Shown here: piece by piece, positions 19,217 through 31,174 of the stretch
How positions within the stretch are numbered: position 1 is the stretch's first letter
Layout of the letters: every line of letters begins with the position of its first letter
DNA from: a candidate division FCPU426 bacterium
GTDB taxonomy: Bacteria > Oederibacteriota > JAAXVQ01 > JAUVAV01
Direction: 5' to 3'
Length of the DNA stretch: 31,298 bases
NCBI GenBank assembly: GCA_030637655.1
Contig: DAOWGI010000026.1
Location: forward strand, 1-31,298
The notes under the pieces: generated by a model
Database searches by the model: none
The model's input: only the letters and a program-made list of their open reading frames with translations
What the model was told of the DNA's origin: nothing
Program-made: the position numbers and the translations under genes

Positions 19217-19443
19217 GTAACATGTCAGTGAAGTGCTGTGTTTTGTCAAATAACCCGGAAACATATGGTCTGCTGATTTATTTTTTCCCAGGGACGCGAC
19301 TTGCCTCCAAATGCGCAAATTCAAAATTGCCGAGCGGATAACTTATTTAGAATTTCGTATCCGGCTGGGTAAGAGCGCGCTTTCCCCTTGGGAAAAAATA
19401 AATCAGCAGACCATATGTCTTTCTCGCTTCACTGACATGATAC
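19217..19443. mobile_element. 227-bp MITE with related ends and a different hairpin interior
   Basis: 16/17 TIR gtaacatgtcagtgaag / cttcactgacatgatac; perfect 8-bp direct repeat aataacag at 19209-19216 and 19444-19451; perfect 30-bp inner inverted repeat 19261-19290 / 19389-19418. Confidence 0.85.
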
Positions 19444-19451
19444 AATAACAG

Positions 19452-19556
19452 AAAGAATTTTTTTGACAGGATCAACAGGATATACAGGATTTTAAATAAA
19501 TTCAGTTAATCCTGTTATCCTGTCAAAGATCTTTCGTTACGGTTGGTTCAGGTTGG
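19452..19556. repeat. ACAGGAT-repeat hairpin element, copy A
   Basis: gacaggatcaacaggatatacaggat...atcctgttatcctgtc; homolog at 29566-29672. Confidence 0.75.
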
Positions 19557-19583
19557 ACAAAAAAATCACGGAGCATCAATTAC

Positions 19584-19829
19584 ATGTCCTTTCATCTGGG
19601 CAATGATTTTTTCATTTCTTCGCGTCAGCTTATAGCAATTCTCAATGTGCGGCAGTTGAAATCATCATCCTCACTGTTGAAGATGCTGGACGCCAAACGT
19701 GGTTCAGATCGCTTGCGTGTGGTAGGTCAAGGACAGTACCGTTCGGCGGTACTCACAAGTAAAAATATATGTTACTTATCTCCTATTGATGCCAAGACAT
19801 TAGCCAAACGATTGAAAAAGAGTTTTTGA
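19584..19829 (+). CDS. remB: RemB/YaaB (DUF370-like) family protein
   Basis: MSFHLGNDFFISSRQLIAILN...RSAVLT...YLSPIDAKTLAKR; directly upstream of gyrB as in Bacillus. Confidence 0.75.
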   Translation: MSFHLGNDFFISSRQLIAILNVRQLKSSSSLLKMLDAKRGSDRLRVVGQGQYRSAVLTSKNICYLSPIDAKTLAKRLKKSF

Positions 19830-22562
<2,733 letters not shown>

Positions 22563-22565
22563 ATT

Positions 22566-22628
22566 GTAGGGAATGGTTGCGACCGCAGGGAATCCCATTT
22601 GTAGGGAACGGTCGCGACCGTTCCCTAC
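22566..22628. repeat. GTAG-type REP-like palindrome (perfect, 22601-22628) preceded by a partial copy
   Basis: gtagggaacggtcgcgaccgttccctac; partial gtagggaatggttgcgaccg at 22566-22585. Confidence 0.75.
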
Positions 22629-22649
22629 GGCCAATTAAAGGACACAAAT

Positions 22650-23936
22650 ATGTTAGATCGCAAATTCATACGTGATAATGCAGACCAGATCCGGCGAATG
22701 TTGACAGACCGGTGTGTGGAAATAGATTTGGATGCTATTTTGGCCAAGGAGGAGAAGAGGCGTGAATTAATCACCCAAGTGGAGAAATTGAAGGCTGAAC
22801 GCAATTTCTCCAGTGAGCAGATTGCCGCTAAAAAGAAAAAGCAAGAGGATGCCACAACTGTAATTGCCGCCATGCGTGAAAAGGGCGAAAAAATCAAAAC
22901 CATTGCGCAAACATTGAACGAGATTGAAACAAGTCTGGACGCGGATATGTTGAGAATACCGAATATACCGCACGCCTCGGTTCCGCGCGGACCGGACGAG
23001 ACTGCGAATCAAGAAGTTCGACAATGGGGGATAAAACCGGATTTTGATTTCACCCCAAAACCGCACTGGGAATTAGGAGAGACGTTGGGCATGCTGGATA
23101 CGGCTCGGGCAGCCAAGGTAACCGGAGCACGTTTTGTAGTCTATCGGGATACAGGAGCCAGACTGGAACGCGCGCTGATTCAATATATGTTGGATCAGCA
23201 AACGCAAAACGCGGGATATATTGAGATTTTTCCACCGCTACTGGTGAATCGTGATTCCATGATCGGAACCGGACAGTTGCCGAAATTGGAAAATGATATG
23301 TTTCATACCCAGGATGAAGATTTTTTTCTTATCCCCACCGCCGAGGTGCCGGTAACGAATTTGCACAGACAAGAGGTTCTCGCCAGAAAGCAGTTGCCTA
23401 TTAAATACGCGGCATATACTCCATGCTTTCGGCGTGAAGCCGGATCTTATGGCAAGGACACCAAGGGTATTGTTCGGCAGCATCAATTCAACAAGGTGGA
23501 GCTGGTAAAGATTACGCGTCCGGACGAGTCGTATACGGAATTGGAAGCATTGGTACAGGATGCGGAGGCGATTTTGCGGCAGTTGAACCTTCATTACCGC
23601 GTGGTTATGCTGGCAACCGGAGATATGTCTTTTGCCAGCGCTAAAGGATATGATCTGGAAGTCTGGCACGCCGGGACCAAGCGTTATTGGGAAGTGTCGT
23701 CATGTTCAAATTTCGAAGATTTCCAGGCACGACGCGCGAATATACGTTTTAAGGATGAGGATGGAAAGACTAAATTTTGCCATACGTTGAACGGTTCCGG
23801 CTTGGCAACCTCACGCTTATTGCCGGCCATTATGGAAAATTATCAGACGCCCGACCACGGTATTGCCATACCCCGGGTTTTAGTTCCGTATGTGGGTGGC
23901 AAGACTAAAATTACTCCTGACGGAAAATTTGCATAA
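22650..23936 (+). CDS. serS: Serine--tRNA ligase
   Basis: KPHWELG, GTGQLPK, LIPTAEVP, CFRREAGSYGKD, RQHQFNKVELV, EVSSCSN, HTLNGSGLA. Confidence 0.98.
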   Translation: MLDRKFIRDNADQIRRMLTDRCVEIDLDAILAKEEKRRELITQVEKLKAERNFSSEQIAAKKKKQEDATTVIAAMREKGEKIKTIAQTLNEIETSLDADMLRIPNIPHASVPRGPDETANQEVRQWGIKPDFDFTPKPHWELGETLGMLDTARAAKVTGARFVVYRDTGARLERALIQYMLDQQTQNAGYIEIFPPLLVNRDSMIGTGQLPKLENDMFHTQDEDFFLIPTAEVPVTNLHRQEVLARKQLPIKYAAYTPCFRREAGSYGKDTKGIVRQHQFNKVELVKITRPDESYTELEALVQDAEAILRQLNLHYRVVMLATGDMSFASAKGYDLEVWHAGTKRYWEVSSCSNFEDFQARRANIRFKDEDGKTKFCHTLNGSGLATSRLLPAIMENYQTPDHGIAIPRVLVPYVGGKTKITPDGKFA

Positions 23937-23944
23937 AAAACCTA

Positions 23945-23973
23945 TTGTTTTTCAAAGTCAAAGCATATATTAT
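23945..23973 (+). promoter_or_regulatory. Possible sigma70 promoter for tRNA-Ser
   Basis: TTGTTT-N17-TATTAT, 15 bp upstream of the tRNA. Confidence 0.45.
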
Positions 23974-23988
23974 TCTTTCTCTGAAGCC

Positions 23989-24074
23989 GGAGGGCTAGTA
24001 TAATTGGTAATGCAGCAGACTTGAAATCTGCCGTCCTTCGGGACTTGGGGGTTCGAGTCCCTCGCCCTCCGCCA
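23989..24074 (+). tRNA. tRNA-Ser(TGA)
   Basis: Acceptor ggagggc/gccctcc, G73, encoded CCA; anticodon arm gcaga-ctTGAaa-tctgc; long variable arm gtcc-ttcg-ggac; T-loop ttcgagt. Confidence 0.93.
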
Positions 24075-24187
24075 GTTTAGAATAAGGGACGAGAAGCGAG
24101 CGAGCGCCGAGCGAATAGCGAGGAAAAGGCCTCTGGCCGCCAGCGAGAGAGGTGAGGCTACGCAACGAGCTCAGCGAGTGAAGTAGC

Positions 24188-24208
24188 CGAGTCCCTCGCC
24201 CTCCGCCA
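24188..24208 (+). repeat. Exact 21-bp duplicate of the tRNA-Ser(TGA) 3' end
   Basis: cgagtccctcgccctccgcca is identical to 24054-24074. Confidence 0.9.
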
Positions 24209-24265
24209 CCCTGCACAACGAAGGGTGCAGGGTAGAGCAACGGAAAACAGAGAAAACAAATTTAT

Positions 24266-24293
24266 GTAGAGACGCGATTAATCACGTCTCTAC
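24266..24293. repeat. 28-bp GTAG-type REP-like palindrome
   Basis: gtagagacgcgattaatcacgtctctac; inverted repeat extends over 24260-24299. Confidence 0.75.
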
Positions 24294-24311
24294 ATAAATA
24301 CATACCATTAC

Positions 24312-24401
<90 letters not shown>

Positions 24402-24428
24402 GATTTTTTCGCTTTCAGCGAAAAAATC
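24402..24428. other. Hairpin immediately after tRNA-Ser(GCT)
   Basis: gattttttcgct-ttc-agcgaaaaaatc; no T-tail on the + strand, so a terminator role is uncertain. Confidence 0.45.
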
Positions 24429-24517
24429 AGAACAGGCGAGCAAAAGAACAGATGATCAGGAGGAAAAAGCGAACCTGCGGTCTACAAATACATCCAAATT
24501 ATATAGCGGTGGGTTAA

Positions 24518-24997
24518 ATGAAATTAGGCATTATCTCAGATACACACATACCAACGATAGCGGCCAAATTGCCGTCCGGAGTGTATGCCGCCTTTAAAGG
24601 TGTGGACCGAATTCTGCATGCCGGTGATCTGGAAAGCGAAAAAGTTTTGGATGAATTGGAGGGCATTGCCACGGTGACTGCCGTGGCCGGGAACATGGAC
24701 AAAAGTATTCAACACTTACCAAGGAAGCGGGAATTTCAAATTGAACAATACTGGATTGGTCTTATCCATGGCGCGGGTGGGCCGCGCAATCAGATTCGCG
24801 AACAAATCAGAAAAGAATTCAGCCAAGCCAAACTCATAGTCTACGGCCATACACATGAACCCTTCTGGGGAGAAGAGGGAGGAATTCAATTTATGAATCC
24901 AGGCAGCCCTACAGATACTTTTTTTGCTCCCTATTGCTCTGTGGGCTTGATCGAAATAAAGAATGGCGACATCCACGGGGAGATAATTCAGCTGTGA
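24518..24997 (+). CDS. YfcE/MJ0936-family metallophosphoesterase
   Basis: IISDTH, ILHAGD, VAGNMD, GHTH, MNPGS. Confidence 0.92.
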   Translation: MKLGIISDTHIPTIAAKLPSGVYAAFKGVDRILHAGDLESEKVLDELEGIATVTAVAGNMDKSIQHLPRKREFQIEQYWIGLIHGAGGPRNQIREQIRKEFSQAKLIVYGHTHEPFWGEEGGIQFMNPGSPTDTFFAPYCSVGLIEIKNGDIHGEIIQL

Positions 24998-26874
24998 GCA
25001 GCCAAGTGAACAGCAACCTGAATATACCCGAGCGGCGCAAGTTTCTTTCCTGGATTTTTGGGCAGACCCAGGGTAAAACAAAAATTGGCTTACGGCATAA
25101 ATTCACTATTTCAATAGTACTTCTGGTACTGGTTATTTCTCTGGTTTTTTTCACTTTTTTTCATCAGACCGGAAAGGGATCTCTGGTAAATGAGTTTAAA
25201 AAAAACCAAGAAGTATTTATTAAGCACATCGCTTGGCAGCTCGCACCGTATTTGGAGGCTAAAAACACGGAAGCCATTCAGGCTGTTTTTTCACAAGTAC
25301 TGCAAGCCTCGGCCGCTGTGTATATTGAAGTTGTCAGCAACGATGAAGCAGTGCGTTTTACGGATTCGAAACATAAGCAGGACCCATTACCGGAATTACT
25401 GGACAATAATCTCGACGAGCCAAAACAGCGTATTCGTACTTATGCCAATAGTGCTCGTGTGTATGAGTTTTTGGTTCCAGTCTATGCTGTGGAGGAACCA
25501 GGTGATCAAACCGGGGAGGAAAAAACAGCAGAGAAACAGAGTCTGGGATTACTGCGATTGGGCCTTACTCGCGGAACCGGGCACACAGCCTATTCCGCGC
25601 GCTCACTCACGGTGCTATGGTTTTTAACCCTGTTTATTATTTTTGGTCTTGGTTTTGGCTGGTTTTTATCCAAGCTTATTATTACTCCGATTCAGCAATT
25701 GGCCCGGGCCATGAAATTCGTAGCCAGTGAAGCGGAGGAGTTCGATAAAGAAACAGGGGTGCCACAAGGCCGGCGTTTTCGGCGCTTGAACGATGTCAAC
25801 CTCAACATACACACGCAAGATGAGATCGGTCAGTTGGCCGGTGAATTTCAAACCATGGTGCAAAAACTGGAGCATTCGTACCAACGTTTAGAAACCATTC
25901 TCGCGGAAAAAAACAAGATCGTACTGGAAAAATCAGAGCTGGCGGAGAACCTGCGTGAACATAATCGCAAAAACGAAATTATCATTAAGGAACGAACACG
26001 CGAGGTGGTGGAAAAAAATCTTCGCCTATATGAGATATTTGAAGAGCTCCAGTTCCAAAAAGAAGAACTCATCGGCATGAACGCCCAGCTGGAAAAAATA
26101 TCGCGTATGAAGACCGAATTTTTAGCCAGCATGTCGCATGAGTTAAGAACACCCATGAATTCGATTATTGGTTTTACCGAAGTGCTGCGCGATAAAATGT
26201 TCGGGGATTTAAACGAGCGGCAAGAAAAATATTTGTCTAATATTCACGCCTCAGCCCGGCATCTCCTGCAACTGATTAACAACATTCTGGATATTTCAAA
26301 AGTAGAAGCCGGAAAAATGAAACTTATGGTGGAGCCCTATTCATTGAATCGTGTTATTGATGAGGTGCAAGGCACCATACGTACTTTGGCCTACAAAAAA
26401 AACATCCTCATGGAACTCAATTTGTCCCGCGACATTGTGATGCAGGGCGATGCTTCCAAAATCAAACAAATTCTATACAACCTATTGTCCAATGCCATTA
26501 AGTTCACTGAGGAAAAAGGAAAAATCAACATTTCCACCGAAGAAATTTCTGTTGGCAAGTATTATGAAGGGGGCCCGGGGTCGGATGCCTTTATGGTAGA
26601 GGTCCCTTCCGTGCTCTTAACCTTCAAGGACAACGGAATAGGAATCAAAGCAGAGGAGCAAAATAATATATTTGTCGAATTTGAACAGGCGGAACAAACA
26701 CGCAAAAGAAAATATGAGGGCACGGGATTAGGACTGGCCTTGACACGGAAACTGGTGTGTTTGCATGCCGGCCACATTTGGATTCAAAGCGAGTTGAACA
26801 TAGGCACCAGCGTATTTGTAGTGTTGCCCATAAAGAAAAATGCCGACGCAGAAAACGAAGAGGATGTTGAGTAA
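24994..26874 (+). CDS. Membrane sensor histidine kinase (TM-sensor-TM-HAMP-coiled coil-HisKA-HATPase)
   Basis: FLASMSHELRTPMN, NLLSNAIKFT, DNGIGI, GTGLGLAL; GTG 24994 overlaps the upstream TGA (start inferred). Confidence 0.93.
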   Translation: MSSQVNSNLNIPERRKFLSWIFGQTQGKTKIGLRHKFTISIVLLVLVISLVFFTFFHQTGKGSLVNEFKKNQEVFIKHIAWQLAPYLEAKNTEAIQAVFSQVLQASAAVYIEVVSNDEAVRFTDSKHKQDPLPELLDNNLDEPKQRIRTYANSARVYEFLVPVYAVEEPGDQTGEEKTAEKQSLGLLRLGLTRGTGHTAYSARSLTVLWFLTLFIIFGLGFGWFLSKLIITPIQQLARAMKFVASEAEEFDKETGVPQGRRFRRLNDVNLNIHTQDEIGQLAGEFQTMVQKLEHSYQRLETILAEKNKIVLEKSELAENLREHNRKNEIIIKERTREVVEKNLRLYEIFEELQFQKEELIGMNAQLEKISRMKTEFLASMSHELRTPMNSIIGFTEVLRDKMFGDLNERQEKYLSNIHASARHLLQLINNILDISKVEAGKMKLMVEPYSLNRVIDEVQGTIRTLAYKKNILMELNLSRDIVMQGDASKIKQILYNLLSNAIKFTEEKGKINISTEEISVGKYYEGGPGSDAFMVEVPSVLLTFKDNGIGIKAEEQNNIFVEFEQAEQTRKRKYEGTGLGLALTRKLVCLHAGHIWIQSELNIGTSVFVVLPIKKNADAENEEDVE

Positions 26875-26877
26875 ACT

Positions 26878-27276
26878 ATGAACGAACCGCAAAAAAAGTA
26901 TAATATTCTAGTGGTTGAAGACAACAAATTTAACCTGGAACTGGTCAGAGACTTGCTGGAAGCCTATGGTTTTCAGGTGGCTTGTGCCGGAGATGCCGAG
27001 GAGTGCCTGGCACAAATAAAGCAAAAGATGCCGGATCTGATCCTTATGGACCTGCAATTGCCGGGAATTGACGGCTATACACTTGTGCGCAAGATAAAAA
27101 GCGTGCCGGAATATGCACAGTGCTACGTGGTAGCTTTAACCGCGTATGCCATGACCGGGGATCAAGAAAAAGCCACAGCGGCCGGTTGTCAAGGGATCAT
27201 TACCAAACCTATTGATACCCGTTTATTTCCACATCAAATTGAGAAATATTTACAAGACAAGCAAGAAACCGACTAA
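26878..27276 (+). CDS. Single-domain response regulator (CheY/DivK-like)
   Basis: ILVVEDN, PDLILMDLQLPGIDG, ALTAYAM, TKPID; no output domain. Confidence 0.93.
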   Translation: MNEPQKKYNILVVEDNKFNLELVRDLLEAYGFQVACAGDAEECLAQIKQKMPDLILMDLQLPGIDGYTLVRKIKSVPEYAQCYVVALTAYAMTGDQEKATAAGCQGIITKPIDTRLFPHQIEKYLQDKQETD

Positions 27277-27288
27277 ATGCTCAGGCGC

Positions 27289-27849
27289 CTAGATAATACG
27301 CTTTTCAGTAACTACGGCATGCATGGGAATATCCTGAAAAAAAATCGGCAGCTCAGGCACGATTTGAGCTTCAAAGGCCAGGGCCAGACGAAAAGCTGAA
27401 GTGGTAGTCAGAAACCGGTCGTAAAAACCTTTACCCAAGCCCAGTCGATTTCTTTGCAGATCAAACCCAACACCCGGGACAAGCAGCAAATCCAAGGCTT
27501 TCGGGGGTGTTGGGTCTTCCAGCTCAGGCTCAAGAATACCCAAGAGACCGGGTTTCAAAACAGAAAAGTCATGGATCGGACAAAAGTAAAGTTCATGTTC
27601 CACCGGATGTATCACAGGCGCGGACACCTGTTTTCCAATGGCCAGGGCATAAGCAATTAATTGATGGGTATAGACCTCATTTTTTAACGAAACATAACAA
27701 CCGATATGCTTGGCAATCAGCCAACGGGGATGAGAAATTATTCGATGCAATATGTTTTTATTTGCCAGCTGCCGCACAGGACCGGGAAGCGCGCGACGAG
27801 CAGTCAACAATTGTTGACGGAGAGCGGATTTATCCATTGTTTTTGCCAC
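27289..27849 (-). CDS. ygfA: 5-formyltetrahydrofolate cyclo-ligase
   Basis: DKSALRQQL, GILEP, LLLVPGVGFD, RLGLGKGFYDRFL. Confidence 0.92.
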   Translation of the reverse strand: MAKTMDKSALRQQLLTARRALPGPVRQLANKNILHRIISHPRWLIAKHIGCYVSLKNEVYTHQLIAYALAIGKQVSAPVIHPVEHELYFCPIHDFSVLKPGLLGILEPELEDPTPPKALDLLLVPGVGFDLQRNRLGLGKGFYDRFLTTTSAFRLALAFEAQIVPELPIFFQDIPMHAVVTEKRII

Positions 27850-27893
27850 GAAAGCAGTCAGATTTCCTTTGGAAGTGTCTCATGTTTTGAGGA

Positions 27894-28172
27894 TTAACCA
27901 AACTTGTATTTTACGCCAAAACCACCTCGCGGATAGTTCCAATCAACATTGTTATAAGGGCAGATCACACGACAGGTTCCGCATTCCAAACAGCCTTCGA
28001 ACGAGACCAAGACCTCATTCTTTTCATGTTCAAATTCCCAACACGCGGCCGGACAAGCGCTCACACAGGGTTTGTTTTGACACGCCTGACAGACATCCTG
28101 CTTTTTCACAGAGAGATGTGTTTTTGCGTCCGCGTTAAAGGTGACTAAAAAGAGTTTATCTTCAAGTTTCAT
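27894..28172 (-). CDS. fixX: FixX-like 4Fe-4S ferredoxin
   Basis: CQAC...CVSACPAACW, GCLECGTCRVICP, WNYPRGGFGVKYKFG; start overlaps the fixC stop. Confidence 0.9.
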   Translation of the reverse strand: MKLEDKLFLVTFNADAKTHLSVKKQDVCQACQNKPCVSACPAACWEFEHEKNEVLVSFEGCLECGTCRVICPYNNVDWNYPRGGFGVKYKFG

Positions 28173-29467
28173 TTGAGTGTTAATCCCCCTTTGATAACAT
28201 CCCAGGCAGCACCCATCAGGCCTCGCCGCTTGCTGATCATTTTAATAATATTGCTCTGCATTTCTCTTTTGGTCTTGCCGTCTACAGTAAAAAATTCCGT
28301 GCCAACATCATTGATCAAGTCAGGATACACAGTAAAGAAACGAGGGTTGCTCTCTAAAAAGTGCGAGAGGCCTTTATATTTTTTCAGGTCCTGCAGCACA
28401 AAACTTTTTTCCAGGGCCTGACGGTAGGAGGAAAGCGCGTGGGCAGAAAAGTCATTTTTTTCTTTTGCTTGAATAATGGCTTCAGCCGCCAACAGACCGG
28501 ATTTTACCGCCAAATTTGATCCTTCGCGATGAAGACTATCCACCAACATGGCCGCATCACCCACCGCGACCCAACCATTGCCATGGACTTGGGGCACAGC
28601 GTTTAATCCACCTTCAGGAATGAGGTGAGCCAGGTATTCCTCAGTCTTACCGCCGGCTAATAAGGGACGAAGGCTGGGGTGTTGTTTTAAATTTTCGAGA
28701 ACATCATTGGGCTTTAACTGCAACCGTGCCAGATCAGAGGTTAACACACCAACTCCCAGTGAAATGCTGTCTTGGTTGGAGTACAAGAAACCAAGGCCAA
28801 CGCCACCCTGTGTTAGAGAGCCAAATAATTCGATGGAAACACCCTGGCCAGGCTCAACATTAAAACGATCCTCAATTTTTTCTGTTGGCAGAGAGATGAT
28901 CTCTTTGACCGCAGTAGCGACCTGATTGGGTTTGATTTCCGGACGAACCCCCATATCCCGCAACAACAGAGAGTTGACCCCCTCGGCAATGACCACCACA
29001 TCAGCATTGAGGTTTCCGTCTTCAAGATGGGTATGCACGCCTGTGACTTTCCCATTTTCCTGTAGTAAAGATGCAACTGTAGCTTCTGTCAAAAGCATAA
29101 CACCGAGTTCTTCGGCTTTTTCAGCCAGCCAGCGATCAAATTTGGCGCGAAAAACAGACCAGCAATTGGGTTTCTCACCATGAAAGGCAGCGCTGCGGAC
29201 GCCCCCGCCGGTATGGCCATTGGATCCCAGCATCCAGAAACGTTGCTCAACAATAGCGCGTTCAACCGGAGCTTCTTTCCAAAAATCAGGCAGTACGGTT
29301 TCAAGTGGATGACGGTAAAAAATGCCACCCATGACATTTTTTGAACCCGCAAAAGAACCGCGCTCCAAAACAGCAACTTCCAGTCCGGCTTGGGCCAGTG
29401 CAATTGCAGCAGAAAGACCCGCAGGTCCGGCGCCCACCACGATAACATCAAATTTTTCGTCAGCCAT
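28169..29467 (-). CDS. fixC: FixC-family FAD-dependent oxidoreductase (ETF:quinone oxidoreductase-like)
   Basis: FDVIVVGAGPAG, ERGSFAGSKNVMGG, RAKFDRWLA, AHLIPEGG, VGDAA; GGAGG RBS. Confidence 0.9.
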   Translation of the reverse strand: MADEKFDVIVVGAGPAGLSAAIALAQAGLEVAVLERGSFAGSKNVMGGIFYRHPLETVLPDFWKEAPVERAIVEQRFWMLGSNGHTGGGVRSAAFHGEKPNCWSVFRAKFDRWLAEKAEELGVMLLTEATVASLLQENGKVTGVHTHLEDGNLNADVVVIAEGVNSLLLRDMGVRPEIKPNQVATAVKEIISLPTEKIEDRFNVEPGQGVSIELFGSLTQGGVGLGFLYSNQDSISLGVGVLTSDLARLQLKPNDVLENLKQHPSLRPLLAGGKTEEYLAHLIPEGGLNAVPQVHGNGWVAVGDAAMLVDSLHREGSNLAVKSGLLAAEAIIQAKEKNDFSAHALSSYRQALEKSFVLQDLKKYKGLSHFLESNPRFFTVYPDLINDVGTEFFTVDGKTKREMQSNIIKMISKRRGLMGAAWDVIKGGLTLK

Positions 29468-29507
29468 ACTATCCTCCGAGGGGAATATAAAAAAATCTTA
29501 GCTCGTT

Positions 29508-29536
29508 ATATTAATAAAAGCCAGTCATTCAGTCAA
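29508..29536 (-). promoter_or_regulatory. Sigma70-type promoter for fixC-fixX-ygfA
   Basis: Minus strand TTGACT-N17-TAATAT, 40 bp upstream of the fixC ATG. Confidence 0.6.
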
Positions 29537-29565
29537 GGAAGAAAATTATTCGCCGTAAAGAGCGC

Positions 29566-29672
29566 AAAGAATTTCTTTTGACAGGATAACAGGATTGACA
29601 GGCTTTATTTAAAATCCCGTATATCCTGTTAATTCTGTCAAATATCTTTGGTTCCGGCTTGTCCGGGTTAGG
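29566..29672. repeat. ACAGGAT-repeat hairpin element, copy B
   Basis: gacaggataacaggattgacagg...atcctgttaattctgtc followed by atctttggttccggcttgtccgggttagg; its end overlaps the cupin stop codon. Confidence 0.75.
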
Positions 29673-29985
29673 GCTTGGGAGTCATAAAACCGGTTACTAA
29701 GAGGGGTTTTTGGGTATTATTTTCGATGGAATGGTGTTCTTCGCGCGGGACAAAAACCACTTGCTGCGGTTGTACAATCACAGACTCAACACCCACGGAA
29801 ATAACCGCCTCACCCTCTACCACAGCTAAATATTCGTTGGAAAAAGGATGCGAGTGTTCGGTCATAGCTTGTCCGGGTTTAAAACTATACAAAAAGAGCA
29901 CCGCATTATCAGAGGATAATATCACCGCACGGCCAAAATGCTCATTTTGAAAATCGACATGTTTTTTTATTTCTTCAACACGCAT
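29668..29985 (-). CDS. Cupin domain protein
   Basis: PGQAMTEHSHP..EYLAVVEG, VFVPREEHHSIEN; AGGAGG RBS. Confidence 0.88.
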   Translation of the reverse strand: MRVEEIKKHVDFQNEHFGRAVILSSDNAVLFLYSFKPGQAMTEHSHPFSNEYLAVVEGEAVISVGVESVIVQPQQVVFVPREEHHSIENNTQKPLLVTGFMTPKP

Positions 29986-30003
29986 ACGTCCCTCCTGATT
30001 ATT

Positions 30004-30780
30004 CTACGCATTACACCTGCGCCCGACAAGAATCGAGAGCGGAACAAAAATGAAATTTGCCAAAGCTATAATTTTAGCGATTGGCACAAGCGTTTCTGCT
30101 AAAGGATAAGAAGCTAAAAGTAAAACACTGAAAAACAGCACCAGAAAAACCATGTTTACAACAAGTATTTGCAACACTTGCAAGGAAGCATTGGAAAGCA
30201 ACGCAATACTCAATAACCAGAAAACAACAAATAGTATCATGGCCAGAACAAAACCACGGGCAAACAAGGTGGTCTTCCAATTGTTGGTTCTCTGATTCAG
30301 CAGGTCCAGCAATTGGGCTTGGGTGGGCGAAATAGCGAAAATATAGAAGCTAACGTCTTTTCTGCGCCAACCCAACATATGCACGGGTTGATTGTAGTTG
30401 TATTCCGAAAGGGCAACCGGTGATTCCGGCGGGAGCCCAGCCAACACCTCAACCGCGCCAAAGTCATCTGTAAAAATAGATGGTGCTAAAGTAGGTTTTT
30501 CTATTTCCGGAAACATGGGTTTGGTGCTTTTTTCATTCGCAGAGCTCATTACCGGACCATTTAAATAAAGATATTGATTGTGCTTTAAAACAATCATTTT
30601 CTGAAGATCCAAGGTTCTGCCAGGCCCCTTTTTCACAGTTATATAGGCATTAATGTACTGACTGGGTTGGGATAAAGCAACCATGATTCGAAAGGTTAAG
30701 GCAATTAGAAATATCGCAATAAAGCCAAGCAGAATCCGCACTAGAATAGGATAGGGACGATGTTTTGAAGTCAAAGACAT
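30004..30780 (-). CDS. Hypothetical membrane protein (one N-terminal and about three C-terminal TM segments)
   Basis: 258-aa ORF with hydrophobic segments, AAGGA RBS and own promoter; no family recognised. Confidence 0.7.
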   Translation of the reverse strand: MSLTSKHRPYPILVRILLGFIAIFLIALTFRIMVALSQPSQYINAYITVKKGPGRTLDLQKMIVLKHNQYLYLNGPVMSSANEKSTKPMFPEIEKPTLAPSIFTDDFGAVEVLAGLPPESPVALSEYNYNQPVHMLGWRRKDVSFYIFAISPTQAQLLDLLNQRTNNWKTTLFARGFVLAMILFVVFWLLSIALLSNASLQVLQILVVNMVFLVLFFSVLLLASYPLAETLVPIAKIIALANFIFVPLSILVGRRCNA

Positions 30781-30818
30781 TATTAGCCATCCTTTAATTA
30801 ATTATAGATGTGCATGCA

Positions 30819-30847
30819 ATTATAACGACTATGGAAATTTGCAGCAA
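30819..30847 (-). promoter_or_regulatory. Sigma70-type promoter for the membrane protein-cupin unit
   Basis: Minus strand TTGCTG-N17-TATAAT. Confidence 0.6.
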
Positions 30848-30881
30848 GCCTTTTTATTTAACTTTTCACCTAACTTTTCAG

Positions 30882-31090
<209 letters not shown>

Positions 31091-31133
31091 GATTTCACAA
31101 CATAAAAAAAATTCATTTTTTTAACATTTTTTC

Positions 31134-31162
31134 TTGTCTGTACTACCTTGTATGAGTATAAT
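31134..31162 (+). promoter_or_regulatory. Sigma70-type promoter for the terminal tRNA
   Basis: TTGTCT-N17-TATAAT preceded by T-tracts, 12 bp upstream of the tRNA. Confidence 0.7.
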
Positions 31163-31174
31163 TCTTATCTCATT

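Noticed and set aside
23989..24074. Selenocysteine or opal-suppressor tRNA
   Set aside because: The anticodon is TGA (reads UCA, Ser), not TCA; it has a 7-bp acceptor stem and G73 and lies next to serS.
27850..27893. 6S RNA upstream of ygfA
   Set aside because: The spacer is only 44 bp, too short for 6S RNA.
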